Source: Basidiobolus meristosporus CBS 931.73 (lineage: Eukaryota; Fungi; Basidiobolomycota). From it: a DNA stretch of 64,000 nucleotides. Shown one piece after another: positions 40,360 through 51,959 of this stretch. A program made the position numbers and the translations under genes. The notes below the pieces were generated by a model that did no database searches, was not told the origin of the DNA, and saw only the letters and a list, made by a program, of their open reading frames with translations. The stretch spans positions 62,001 through 126,000 of the forward strand of contig MCFE01000212.1 of assembly GCA_002104905.1 (NCBI GenBank). Reading direction: 5' to 3'. Within the stretch, counting starts at the first letter, position 1; each line of letters starts with the position of its first letter.

Positions 40360-40780
40360 CCAATGCAGAAGTTAACATTGAGTAAATTTTTGTGTGTTGG
40401 TGTAGTTTGAGTGACTCTAGATGAGGTTATTTTGTGATCACAAGAGCAAATCAGCAACAAACTATGTGTATTTCTTATTGCTAGCACTGGCTTAGATGTA
40501 AGTCCAATTGTTAATGAACACACTAATAACAAAATAAGCATAAGCATTACCTTAACATATAATGTAATGTACTATTGGTAATTTAGCAGGACAGAAGAGA
40601 GTACAGGCAGTGGCACATCACATGTGACTCTATTATTTAGGTTTGGTGAACTTTGTGTGACTGCTGCAAATATATCTTCAAAACATAATGTAACATAGAG
40701 CTCAAGAGCTATATTTGGTCAGATGAAATTTAATGATGTATTTCTATGTCCATCTATGGATGCATATATTTTCCTTGGTT
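40360..40780 (+). repeat. Decayed copy of tRNA-array spacer sequence
   Basis: 40360-40530 aligns with 53900-54060, and 40530-40780 aligns with 53590-53831. CpGs are converted. Confidence 0.85.
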
Positions 40781-42300
40781 TGTTACAATACTCACCACTA
40801 AGGGCTTTACACTCAAGTGCAAATTACGATCTAGACTCAGCTAAGCAATATAGTATTTATTAGCCAGCTCAAGGTACTGTCAGTACAGCTCTTGCCTAGA
40901 TCCCAGAACATCCTTATTGACCCTTGAGAACTCCTAATACCTTCCAAGACTTGAAAATAGCAAAACAGACATGTCTCACCCCAAATTTGAGTTGGTCAAA
41001 GATATGGAAGCATACATTGATCAGATGGAGGAGTAATTATTACAACTATCTATATCTAGCACAGAGCCAGTGAACAGACCAGTTGTAGGAATGCATTGAA
41101 ACTAGCAAAACCAAATACTTTTGATGGAACCAAGAAGGCAATGATATTTGTATCTTGGATCTTTGAGATGGAACAATATCTTGCTTTTCAAACAAACCTG
41201 TAGTATTGAAAATCCAGTATGCAACCTCCTTTCTGTGAAAAGAATCAGCACTGTGGTGGAAACCCCATAACCAAGGAATTGGTTGTAGAATACACCCAAT
41301 TATTGTCATCTGGGACATATTCACCATGGGCTTACAAAAACAACTTATACCCTTCCACTTTGTACAGAATGCCTGTGATAAGTTGCACATACTAAAGCAC
41401 ACAAAATCCACAACAGAGAACTACCAACAATTGAATCTGACAATGCTTAAGATTCCGGAAATGCCAGGTACTAAACAGAAAGAATACTACCTCCAAGGAC
41501 TCTGGCCTCAAATGTGACAAGCAGTAAAATATCAGGACCCAAAACTCTCATCATTGCCATGACAATAGCAGAACAATATGACTCAATCTACTTTGAGCAC
41601 TGCAATTACACTCCATGCCAGAAACCTTATACCCACCTCACCAAAAATATTAATAACCTCAGTAACTCATATGTAACTTTCAGAGTATCCAGTGTGGCCC
41701 CTATGAACCTTGATGTATCAACTTTGCAGTGTTGAAGCAATATTTCAAAAGAAGAATGCCCTCACAAAGGACTGTGATTTTATTGCAAAGAACATAGACA
41801 TCTGATAGACAACTGTCAAAAGCACCTGCCAAACTAAAACCTGTTACCACAAATACAAATACTAAGACACAAACTACACACCCACTAACAATAGCAGACA
41901 ATACCAGCCCATCTCTGACACCCAAATTGATGACATTAGATGAATTTATCTGCAGAAGCCTTGTGAGAGTATTGCTAGATAGTGGCACTGTAGATATATG
42001 CATAGCTGATGAATTGGTCACAAAATTCAACATTGAAAAGTACAGTACAAACCATTGAAAAATCAAAACAGCCAAAACTCTGTAACAACTGAACCACCAA
42101 ACTGTCCCTCAAAAGCTATCATTGGATAGTCTTGTATCTGAGATATTGCCAACAACCATCCCACAGGCTAAGCTTGATATCAACCTGGGACAAAGTTGGC
42201 ACTTAAAGTACAATGCAGAAATTGATTGGTGTAGCCAGGAAGTCATGATCTACTAAGACAACCAACCCATCACATTAAGACCATTAACAACCCTGTTGTC
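40781..42300 (+). mobile_element. Decayed Ty3/gypsy relic (LTR start, gag, protease) related to the 56816 element
   Basis: TGTTA at 40781. Reads MSHPKFE..., KLAKPNTFDG...WIFEMEQYL, YQDPKTL..AM.IAEQYDSIYF, FYCKEHRH and VLLDSG, paralleling the intact gag-pol. Confidence 0.8.
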
Positions 42301-42389
42301 CCTGTTGGTAAACCCCAGATACCAACTATTAAAGAAGCAGATTACAAAGGCATGTGAACAAGCCAGTCCAAAGCCTAGACATGGAGTTG

Positions 42390-43990
42390 TACATGAACAA
42401 ACACATAGAATGCAAAAAAATGTCACCAAAGGAAGTGATGGAGATTTTCAACAGCACAGATATCTTAAAGGATGTGATGGTGAGCATGCACTATGTGGGG
42501 AGGAGTATACTGGAAATGCCCATAGCTTAGGGCAGGCAAGGCAAATAATATGCTATGCACATTGCCCAAAGTAGGACTACAACAAGACAGATTCCAAATA
42601 CATACCAGCCTACACCTTATATGGTGCTTTGTGTATAGCACACTGGAATATGCTAAATGGGTGGGACCAACAAGAATCTCTTAAGAGGCCAAGATGGACC
42701 AGATTATCTTGCAACCAACATGTATTGCAATGGGAGTGAGCAGATTGGCACCATCACAATTACTCTGAAAAATATGCAACTTGCCATCAATGAGCCTACT
42801 ATTGGCCTGGAGAAGAGCCAAATTCATGAGTAGGTACCCTTACACACTCAGAGACCATTTGAGTCATTGGATAAACAGACATGCTAAAGGGCACATATTG
42901 GTCCACACCACACTGAGTGATCTTGCAAGATCACTAATATGGCAAAGCAAAGGCAGGAAGAAACTGGCAGCCTTAAAATTAAGATGTACAAGAGGCATGG
43001 AGCAAACTACCAATTGGCAAAGTAGCTAGGTTGGATGGGAAAACAATAGAAATACTACAATTTCTGGACTGGGACAAGAAACTCAGTAAGAAATTTGCCA
43101 AAACCATTTCAATACTAGTACAGAAAGCATTGGAATTAGGATATACACCCTCCAATTGTGGACCAGTATAATTTTTACCTCTATACAAGAGAAAAGGGGA
43201 TAAAAAAAAATTTTAAACCACCATCTAATATTACTATTTAACATACTAAGAAAGCTATTTGAAAAAAGAGCTAAACTATGTACAGCAGACCAATCTTGAT
43301 CAATTAGACATTATGCAAGGAGGATTCCAAAAAAGGCAGGGTACACTAGATTGATTAGTAAGCTTCCAGTATAGTTTGCAACATTTCAACATAAACAATG
43401 GAAATACACAAATAATACTACTGGACATTGTGGCAGCATTTGACCCCACAAACAGACAAATGTTATGGAAGATATGCCAAGGAAATGGACTTGCATTGTG
43501 CTGACCAGAGTAATGGCTAGCCTGTACAACCAATGTGATATCTGGATAATAGTAGACGGGAACTTAACTGAAGCAGTAGACAACCAGGTGGGTATACTGC
43601 AGGGATCACTACTGAGCCCCCTGCAATTTGGGAAATTTTGGATGCTTTACTGGAACACCTGAGGTGCTGAGAGGATGGCTTACAAATCCATCACAACCTA
43701 CATATCAATGCTAAACTATATGTGGACAATGTGATATGTATAGTGCAATGGGATAAGGCACAAGACTTCCTACACAAATGTGAATTGCATTCAGCACAGA
43801 ATGTATACAAAAGGAAGCCAGAAAAATGTTTTGTATACAACAGGAAGATATAGGAGGTGAGGGGCTCACAATCAATAATACCCCAATACCAGTGGACAAT
43901 AAGGCAGTGTACTATGGGGCATTCATAGATAAGCAAGGATTGATTGTAAGCAACAGATAAAGCTCAGGGCTACCAAGGCAAATAATATAT
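42390..43990 (+). pseudogene. Decayed LINE (ORF1 fragment plus RT) of the same family as 45722-48567
   Basis: 42390-42520 aligns with 46866-46995. Motifs LPIGKVARLDG, PLYKRKGD, MQGGFQK, LQGSLLSP and LYVDNV (from YADD). Confidence 0.85.
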
Positions 43991-44013
43991 TACGCATACT
44001 ATACAAAGTAAGA

Positions 44014-45400
44014 TTATGCAAAGGAGGTTTCATGTTGCATATTTTGTGGACAGTTTTGAGTTAGGTGGCCAATTTTTTTGTATCTGTTGCAGATGGGAGG
44101 TGGATTTTTCCATCTGATGGTTATCATTATTTCCATAATGTGGGGGCATTGGGGTATGTTATGTAACATGTCAGTGCTTTGACTGATGTCCAGGATTGCC
44201 CTAGCAGTACCCATGGTGATTAGTGTATTGGGATAAACATGTTTTTTGATAGCACTGTAGTGGTATAGGGGTACTCCTGGGAGAAGCTACACAACTCAAG
44301 GTATATGAGGTGTCTGATGTGTGCATTAACCTCTGGGTTTAAACTGCTGCTGTCTTTGTAAATATGTCACTATGATAAATGCTCCTGCTTCACTAGCTTC
44401 CTAGTTGCTCCAAGTGTCTCCAAAGGCCTCTGTGTGTCTTGTGTACTCCCCTGAAAAGCTCCTTGATGACAAGTCCAGGATGTAACTGTACAAAGTAGGT
44501 GCAGTCATCACCTGCATATCAATAAGGGAGAAGTGTTACTGATAAAAGGGATGATTTACTGAGGAGAGGTTGACTTCCATTAAGTACTTCTCCTGATTGC
44601 CAAGTGACTACTAATGACAAGGTTCTAGAAGATTCCAGGCATCAGTGGAAATCTTGATGACATTGCTGAAAGCTAAAAATACTTTAAGAAGGTCCTAGAA
44701 GGCTCTAAAAGGCACAGCACATCCAACCAATTGGGGATCAGTAGTCTCAAACCTGTGTACCACAGAAATACCATATATGGGATTGTAATGGTAGGGATGG
44801 TAACAGAGAATTAGGCCATGTATCATGGGTACTGACCTAAGTACTTGCCTAATGTAGATACATATACCGATCACAAAACTGAATAACATTTGGGATAACT
44901 AATGTTAATAACTAATCAGGGTAAACATCATATGTGGACAATACTAATAATATGGGCAAAAGAAGAATGGGATAATACAGATAAGATAAAATATGGATAA
45001 ATGCATCATAATTGCTGTATAGATAAGCTTATCTGTGGGAGTATGTTTACCCTACCACAGCATTAATTTCTCCATATGTGTGGAGGAAAGGTCTTAGGTG
45101 CTCAGTTGGTTGAGGTATGGACCAAAGTGAAAGATCTGATAAGTGCAAGATAAGCAGATGTTCATTTGTTTGGAATATTTGTTGGAAAGGAATAATAACA
45201 TTGGTCCATTCAAAAGTGTTGTTAGAAAGATTTTCCATAATATCAGGATCAGAGAAGGCAATAAGGCAACAAAATAGGCTGTGGTTGAGCTTGATTCCAG
45301 TAATTTGGTTTGGGATAGTTGCTGACATCCAATTGATAATCTCATTAGGTGATAAGTGGCTTAGCAAAGTTGCATCAAGGCTTATGGAGTGTTCAGTGTT
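44014..45400 (-). pseudogene. L1/Tx1-like ORF1 relic, interrupted
   Basis: Reads IP....LRPFLHTYGEI and GTARAILDI...RWKNPPPICNRYKKIGHLTQNCP (degenerate CCHC knuckle). Confidence 0.55.
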
Positions 45401-45649
45401 TGCTTATAAGATTGGTTCATAGCTAGCAATATCACTGGTCATTGTGGAACAAGGAAAAGGTGGCTTGTGATAATTGTGTGCAACAATTTGAGATCAGACT
45501 GGATTGGGGGGTAGAGGTGAAGCAATTTGTTCATTTGCTGAACTGGTGGTGGACATTTATGTACTCTCATAGAAAGGCCATTGCCCATACCACCAGGTAT
45601 CATCAGACCCAGCCTTCAACTAAACCTATCATCCAAATAGCCAAAAAAA

Positions 45650-45721
45650 CTCTCAGACTGGGAATTGAACTCAGATCTCCTGTGTGACAGGCAGGGATAC
45701 TTACCACTATACTTTCTGAGA
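45650..45721 (-). pseudogene. tRNA-Asp(GTC) pseudogene with ~100 bp of array flank
   Basis: Same length as 48937-49008. All five CpGs are mutated to TpG or CpA, plus three other substitutions. Confidence 0.92.
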
Positions 45722-48567
45722 GGGGAATGACTGTTCACTCCTGTGCCTAGTCATTTAACTACATCTTTTATAGGCACTATCACACAGATTCAAGACAGGA
45801 TGAAACTAGGGGGATGCCACCCACTAAATCAAAGACAGGAAGGTTTACAATCCAAAACAGAAGAGGTAACAGAACACATGCAATGCTCCAAATGGAATAT
45901 GTTTGACTCCATAAGACTGAATGGAACAGAGGCTAGAATAAATCCAAAACATATATTTGACAATCCAAAAAAGACAGTAAAATTCAGATGCCAAGCATCA
46001 GTACCAGGAGCCAGAAACAAAAGGGAAATATGCAACTGTACATATAGCAAAAACACAATAATGCCAATCCTTAAAAAGTACAAAAAAAGAAAACATTGTT
46101 GGATATTAAAAATAAAAAACAAAGTAACAACTGGGATCAAGAGGAAGAGACAGTCCAGGAAACAGAAGGAACAGGGACCATTTCAGAAGAGACAGACCAC
46201 AAGTATAGTGGACCAACACAGATACAAGGAAACAACAAGAATATAAACTATAGGGAACCGTGGGAGGCAAGAGGGAAGACAGAGGAAAGGGAGTTGATGG
46301 TAACTCTGACAAAACTAAGCTGGCAGGGAGAGAAGGAGGGAAACAGACTGATAGAAAATGGGGAAAAGGAGATAACCAACAGAGAGAGGATGGAAAAAGA
46401 GCAACCAGTACAACAGAAAAGTCCCATCTGGTACACAACCCTAGAATGGAATGTAGAAGGAGAAGGGGAAGAGCAAAGGAACGAGGTCACTACCAAGGAA
46501 GGAACAAGGATGTGGGAAAGAATCAGGGAGATAGAAAAGCAAATGGGCAAGTTAGCAAAGGAACTAGAGGAGATAAAGAAAGGGATCAGTGAAGGAAACC
46601 CTATGAAGGGCGAAAATGATATAAAGAGGGGACACAGGAAGGATACAGAGGAATTCTCAACAAGAGCTGGAGAAGTTGAGACCACATCAATATACGCCAA
46701 AACACTCAAAAAAACGTCATCAACAAATATAATAAGAAAGACACCAGCAACAAGCATCCACCAGAATGGAAATCTGGGCAATCAACAGAAACTACAAAAC
46801 AGGCTGCGAGAGCTCAAGAAGACAAACAAAACCTCTCCAACTCAAAATCTAAACATGGAATTGTGCATGAACAAACATATAGAATGTAAAAAAAAATCGT
46901 TAAAGGAGGTAATGGAAATTTTCAACAGTACGGGTATCACTAAAGACATGATCGTGAACATGCACTACGTTGGAAGGAGTATACTGGAAATACTTATCCC
47001 CGTAGAACACATTCCGATAGTGGAAAAAACACTGGGGGAGGCGGATCTCAAGCTCAAGGACCCACCAAATCCTTGCATAACACAGGGAATGGGTGCAAGA
47101 TTCCAACACATGAATTCAGAGGAAAAAAGAGAGTGTGCCAGGGAGCTGGCACGAAACAGAATCAAACGACAGATTTTCTAGGACAACGTAGCTGGTAGAT
47201 GGTACTGGTGGTACGCAAAAACCTTAGGACTGGAAACGGGCAACCTTAAGAAATGCACAACAGAGAACCAAAGTAGACAACAAAACAAACAGGAGAATCG
47301 ATTGAATCAAAGATTGTAAAATAGTTTTTGCCAATCTGAACGGGGCAAGAAATAAGATGAGTGAAATTAACAATTTTTTGGACGTCCACAATGTCGACCT
47401 AGTTATGGTAAATCAAACGTGGTTGGTTCATTGTCCTAGGAGCTATTTCCAGGACAGACTAATACTACACAAAACGGCAAAAACACCAAAAAAAGAAGGA
47501 GATGGGGGACGACCAAACGGCGGAATGATAATCCTCAGAAAGAGCATATTAAAACAACCAATCTGTCAAATGGAGTATGACCATCCGGATCGCGACGAAG
47601 TAATAGTGCAAGTGGGAGACACAACAATATCGTTTAATTACCTCAAACCCACAGATAACGAGGAATTACTGAAGGAACGATTCACACACAACGGAAATAA
47701 CAAAAACCCGAATATATGGTTGGGTGATTTCAATGCAAGACTAGGAGAACTTGTCAACGATAGCAGAAGTAACAAAAAGGGGACGGCACTTAGAAAAATA
47801 ATGACACAATACACACTTAATAGAATACCACCGTCAAACGACAAACCAACATACACCTCAAAAACAGGACAAAGCACAATCGATATTGTGCTAGCGAACA
47901 GAACGGCTTCAAATAGAATAATACAATGCATAGTACTAGAGAACACGGCGTTTGGTATCTCCGACCACGCACCAATCCTAGTACACTTTAAATACATTGG
48001 GGGAGAAGACGAGGGGACAAGCATAATCAGACCTAGATGGCGTCCATGGAAAATACCATTACCAAAAGCACCAAACAAAAAAAAACACAAAACCGCAAGA
48101 GAAGGGGCCCACAACAGACAAAGAGAGAGAGAAAACAGGGGCACTGCAATATCTAAAAGCGTACACTGATAAGGCGGAAGAAGGGATGGAAGACTGGGAA
48201 CTAGGGAACAAGGCCACAACGGAGAAGGAGAGGCTAATGGAAAAATCAGTTGATATGCTGGTAACAGGATTGCAAAGAGCAACTGAAGTGTTCGGCACAA
48301 CCAAACCAAGAAAAACAAACTGGAAATGGTTCTGATCCAAACAACTAGAACATCTAAAGAATAGAAGAAGGGCAGCATATCGGAAGTGGAAAAGATGCAA
48401 GGAGAAAGAAGGCAAGATCCACTTATGGGAAGAGTTTGACGTTATGCAAAAACAATTCAGGATGGAATTGAACAAAGAGCGGAAGGCACGTTTCAGAGAC
48501 TTCAGCAACCAAATAGCAAAAGCAAACAACTCAGATATGAGCCGTTTACTAAAAAGACTAGCTAAAC
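45722..48567 (+). mobile_element. LINE (non-LTR) element: ORF1, APE endonuclease and linker, truncated before the RT
   Basis: ORF1 ~45743-47319 has a frameshift and a stop. ORF2 from 47312 reads KIVFANLNGARNK, NQTW, GGMII, WLGDFNAR, STIDIVL, SDHAPI. Frameshift at ~48080 and stop at ~48333. Confidence 0.88.
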
Positions 48568-48595
48568 TGATCCGACCTCCAATATGACTGTACAT

Positions 48596-48668
48596 GGGCG
48601 TATGGCCAAATGGATAAGGCGCCTGACTACGGATCAGGAGATTCCAGGTTCGATCCCTGGTATGCTCG
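48596..48668 (+). tRNA. tR(ACG): tRNA-Arg(ACG)
   Basis: Cloverleaf with anticodon arm CCTGA-CTACGGA-TCAGG, GTTCGATCC B box and a downstream T-run. Confidence 0.95.
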
Positions 48669-48936
48669 TACAACAATTTTTTATGTTCCATGTTACTCGG
48701 AATACTAATACTCAAACTTACTTTTGTAAGTTTCATGGCATGATAAGCTCTAGACATGATGGCTGCAATCAGTGCATATCCTCTGCAATACAATAGTTTA
48801 TTTGATTATTCACTCGATAGCATTGTGATGTCTACTAGCTGTTATGTTCTTTCATAAAAAGGCCATTGCCCACACCATCACGTATCATCAAACCCAACCT
48901 TCAATTAATCCCATCATCCAAATAGCCAAAAGAAAA

Positions 48937-49008
48937 CTCTCAGACCGGGAATTGAACCCGGGTCTCCCGCGTGACAGGCGGGGATACTTACCACTATACT
49001 ATCTGAGA
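48937..49008 (-). tRNA. tD(GTC): tRNA-Asp(GTC)
   Basis: Anticodon arm CCCGC-CTGTCAC-GCGGG. Confidence 0.95.
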
Positions 49009-49455
49009 AGATATCTATCAAGTGAAATATATAATTTATAACGCACACTATTTAATACTTGGTAAAGCATGTTAGGGAGGCTATCGGGCTGGCAAAAACA
49101 ATTTGAACAATTAGCCTACCTATGAAAATACATTTTCCCCTCTCCCACCCATCTATGATGTGTGTCAATTTCCCCCAGCTGCACAGTGTATATCTTCTGA
49201 CTCAGTAAAAACATACACACGATATTTACTACACAATAAAATGGGTATATTGCTGCAACGTTGTTGGCCCTTGATTGTACATTGATTAGATTGAATTCAA
49301 TAAAAATCACAATTTCTACTTTGAGCACTGATTGACAAATAAGCGCTAAAATGGATTTACTCATGAATAAAGTACCATACAAGTGACCATCCGACTTCCA
49401 TTCAACACCCTGCCCCCTACTCCAACTAAATACTGCACACAGAAAAAGGTAAAAA

Positions 49456-49529
49456 TGCTCACAGCAGGGGTCGAACCTGCGACCTTGGCGTTATTAGCAC
49501 CACGCTCTAACCAACTGAGCTATGCGAGC
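49456..49529 (-). tRNA. tI(AAT): tRNA-Ile(AAT)
   Basis: Anticodon arm TGGTG-CTAATAA-CGCCA. Confidence 0.95.
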
Positions 49530-49534
49530 ATATA

Positions 49535-49616
49535 CGACAACAGCAGGATTTGAACCTGCGCGGGCAGAGCCCATATGATTTCTAGTCATACGCCTTAACC
49601 ACTCGGCCATATTGTC
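49535..49616 (-). tRNA. tS(AGA): tRNA-Ser(AGA)
   Basis: Anticodon arm TATGA-CTAGAAA-TCATA and a long variable arm. Confidence 0.95.
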
Positions 49617-49721
49617 TGATATATCAATCCTTCTCTCTTTAAATATATGACTAAACATTTAACATTATCTTGTTTAATAAAGTATGTTGAAGCTATTGTT
49701 TTCTAAAAATCGCAGAAAATT

Positions 49722-49793
49722 AGGTCTCGCCGAGAATCGAACTCGGATTACAGGATTCAAAGTCCTGGGTGCTAACCATTACACCACGAAACC
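49722..49793 (-). tRNA. tQ(TTG): tRNA-Gln(TTG)
   Basis: Anticodon arm CAGGA-CTTTGAA-TCCTG. Confidence 0.95.
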
Positions 49794-49918
49794 AGCAACT
49801 ACCTGTTATAAGCTAATCTATATTATAGTACTTACTCACTCGTAATCTTGCATTAAATATTTATTTCTGTAGCCCGCCAATGAAGAATACAATGAAGGGG
49901 CTGTGAACCAAAAAGGAT

Positions 49919-50001
49919 TGGTAACAGTGAGATTCGAACTCACGCCTCTTACGAGACCGCAACTTGAGTGCGGCGCCTTAGACCAACTCGGCCATGTTAC
50001 C
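49919..50001 (-). tRNA. tL(CAA): tRNA-Leu(CAA)
   Basis: Anticodon arm CCGCA-CTCAAGT-TGCGG and a long variable arm. Confidence 0.95.
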
Positions 50002-50302
50002 GTATATTACATCCATCTCATATTTTTCTTACGACTAGAAAGGTTCGCAAACCTAGAGTGTTCATGTCACTCGATACTAATTTTTTTGTGATTAAAAGAA
50101 CTTCCAAATTCGTCAATTTTCAGTGGTCGTTAATTATTGCCAAATAGCTTGTAACAAAAGGAAACACAAAGCTACCAACGATGCCAGATTGTGCTTGTAT
50201 GAGAACACACGCTATCTAGTAATGCACTTTCAAAATGTGGTTCATTTGCACCTTGAATGCAAGTCTGTGGGCTGTACTGATCTGACAACCACTAAAATAA
50301 AA

Positions 50303-50373
50303 TGCCATTGCTCGGAATCGAACCGAGGTCGACGCGGCCACAACGCGATGTACTGCCACTATACTACAATGGC
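50303..50373 (-). tRNA. tH(GTG): tRNA-His(GTG)
   Basis: Anticodon loop TTGTGGC and acceptor stem GCCATTG/CAATGGC. Confidence 0.93.
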
Positions 50374-50554
50374 GAATTCAGTATTTGACCCATTACCTGA
50401 CTTCATGTTATGTTCACTGATCATACCTTGCGACTAGCTACCCATCTGCATTGGTAGGGTTCAATGTGAAGATGGGTACATGATACAGTGAGCATTCTGA
50501 ATGGAGTAAAGTCTTGTGGGAATATAGAATTTTGCTTGCTTTCTAACAATAACT

Positions 50555-50626
50555 TCCTCATTGGTCCAGTGGTTAGGATTTCTCGCTTTCACCGAGACGG
50601 CCGGGGTTCGATTCCCCGATGGGGAA
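50555..50626 (+). tRNA. tE(TTC): tRNA-Glu(TTC)
   Basis: Anticodon arm TCTCG-CTTTCAC-CGAGA. Confidence 0.95.
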
Positions 50627-50826
50627 ATACTTTTGTCCTATGTTTTTATTAGTGGTTGGGATGATATGCAGGAAAGCCGCAAGCTCAAGGGCCCCGTGTA
50701 GAGAATACCAAAATGATCAAGGCCATCCTTACGTGAAGCATACACACAAAAAGTGATCGATCTTTTTTCATATATGGGGACTGGCCAAGGTCCTACTGAT
50801 ACAACACCCACCAAAACAAAAATCAG

Positions 50827-50898
50827 TGAGGAGTGCGTGATTTGAACACGCAACCTTTCGCTCTGGAGGCGAACGCGCTACCGTTGCGCCAACCCCCC
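50827..50898 (-). tRNA. tW(CCA): tRNA-Trp(CCA)
   Basis: Anticodon arm TTCGC-CTCCAGA-GCGAA. Confidence 0.95.
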
Positions 50899-51042
50899 AC
50901 TTACATTTGTTACGTAGTTAACTACCTACATAAAACCCCATTTTACAACATGTACTCTCCCTCATAAGACTTGGTACTTCGTTGCAAATTTTAAAATTTT
51001 CTTGATGACCATATATAGCAAGTTGAGTTATCCATCAACGAA

Positions 51043-51116
51043 GTCTTCGTGGTGTAGTTGGTTATCACGTCTGTCTAACACACAGACGGTCCTCGGTTCG
51101 AATCCGAGCGAAGACA
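51043..51116 (+). tRNA. tV(AAC): tRNA-Val(AAC)
   Basis: Anticodon arm TCTGT-CTAACAC-ACAGA. Confidence 0.95.
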
Positions 51117-51333
51117 TCATTTTTCCCTCTGCTGCATAATCTTTTGCAAATACTTGCTCTTTGTGCCCTCCATGACACATCGCATTTACTCTATATCACT
51201 ACCTATGGAAGATACTATACTCACCCGCCCCGAATCTGTTCTTCCACCTGAACAAAGCAAAGGCCCCTCCTCTTCGCCGAAGCTCAAAGGTTTAGATGTC
51301 CAGCAGAGAGCAATAATACGGTATTCCCACACA

Positions 51334-51406
51334 GGGGGTCTAGCTCAGATGGTAGAGCGCTCGCTTAGCATGCGAGAGGCACTGGGATCGATACCCAGGT
51401 CCTCCA
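51334..51406 (+). tRNA. tA(AGC): tRNA-Ala(AGC)
   Basis: Anticodon arm CTCGC-TTAGCAT-GCGAG, G3:U70 identity pair and ATCGATA T-loop. Confidence 0.95.
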
Positions 51407-51627
51407 GTATCGATTATACGGTATTCGTTTTGCTTGGAATCTGTACTGCCAATACACCTTTGAAGAAGCAGCATGGAAGCGTACTGCAAACAGGTGTGAT
51501 ATCTATTTTAGATATTTCGCGTAAGAGCATCACTAGGACAAAGGCCTAAATGCTGCTTTCCTCTATTGTTCGGTGTGCATATTTCAATTCCAAAAGGTAT
51601 ATGGCTAAGAGGTGCAAAAAGTAAAAA

Positions 51628-51700
51628 CACCCAACGTGGGGGTCGAACCCACAACCTTGAGATTAAGAGTCTCACGCTCTACCGATTGAGCTAGCCGGGC
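51628..51700 (-). tRNA. tK(CTT): tRNA-Lys(CTT)
   Basis: Anticodon arm TGAGA-CTCTTAA-TCTCA. Confidence 0.95.
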
Positions 51701-51886
51701 ATGTTACACTTCAGTTACCGTGTGTTATGTTATAACATCGCAGATCCTGAGAAAGACAAAGTAGATGATCGAATACATCTCTAAAAAATGCAAGAGCCAG
51801 TATACTGCTATCACTACTGTCACTTGATAACTCGATGGGTTGCCTGTCTAATCCTATGATAACACGGATCAAAACTATCCTAAAAA

Positions 51887-51959
51887 TGCCGTCTCTGCGG
51901 ATTGAACGCAGGACCTTCAGAACTTCAGTCTGACGCTCTCCCAACTGAGCTAAGACGGC
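51887..51959 (-). tRNA. tF(GAA): tRNA-Phe(GAA)
   Basis: Anticodon arm TCAGA-CTGAAGT-TCTGA. Confidence 0.95.

Noticed and set aside
1-46500. Classical CpA-type RIP as the cause of TE decay
   Set aside because: The diagnostic changes I could trace are mostly at CpG, and near-identical duplicated genes are untouched. It is not fully excluded without a computed spectrum.
50435-50480. 9-bp hairpin TACCCATCT...AGATGGGTA in an array spacer
   Set aside because: Too short to distinguish from chance, and no snoRNA box pattern was found.
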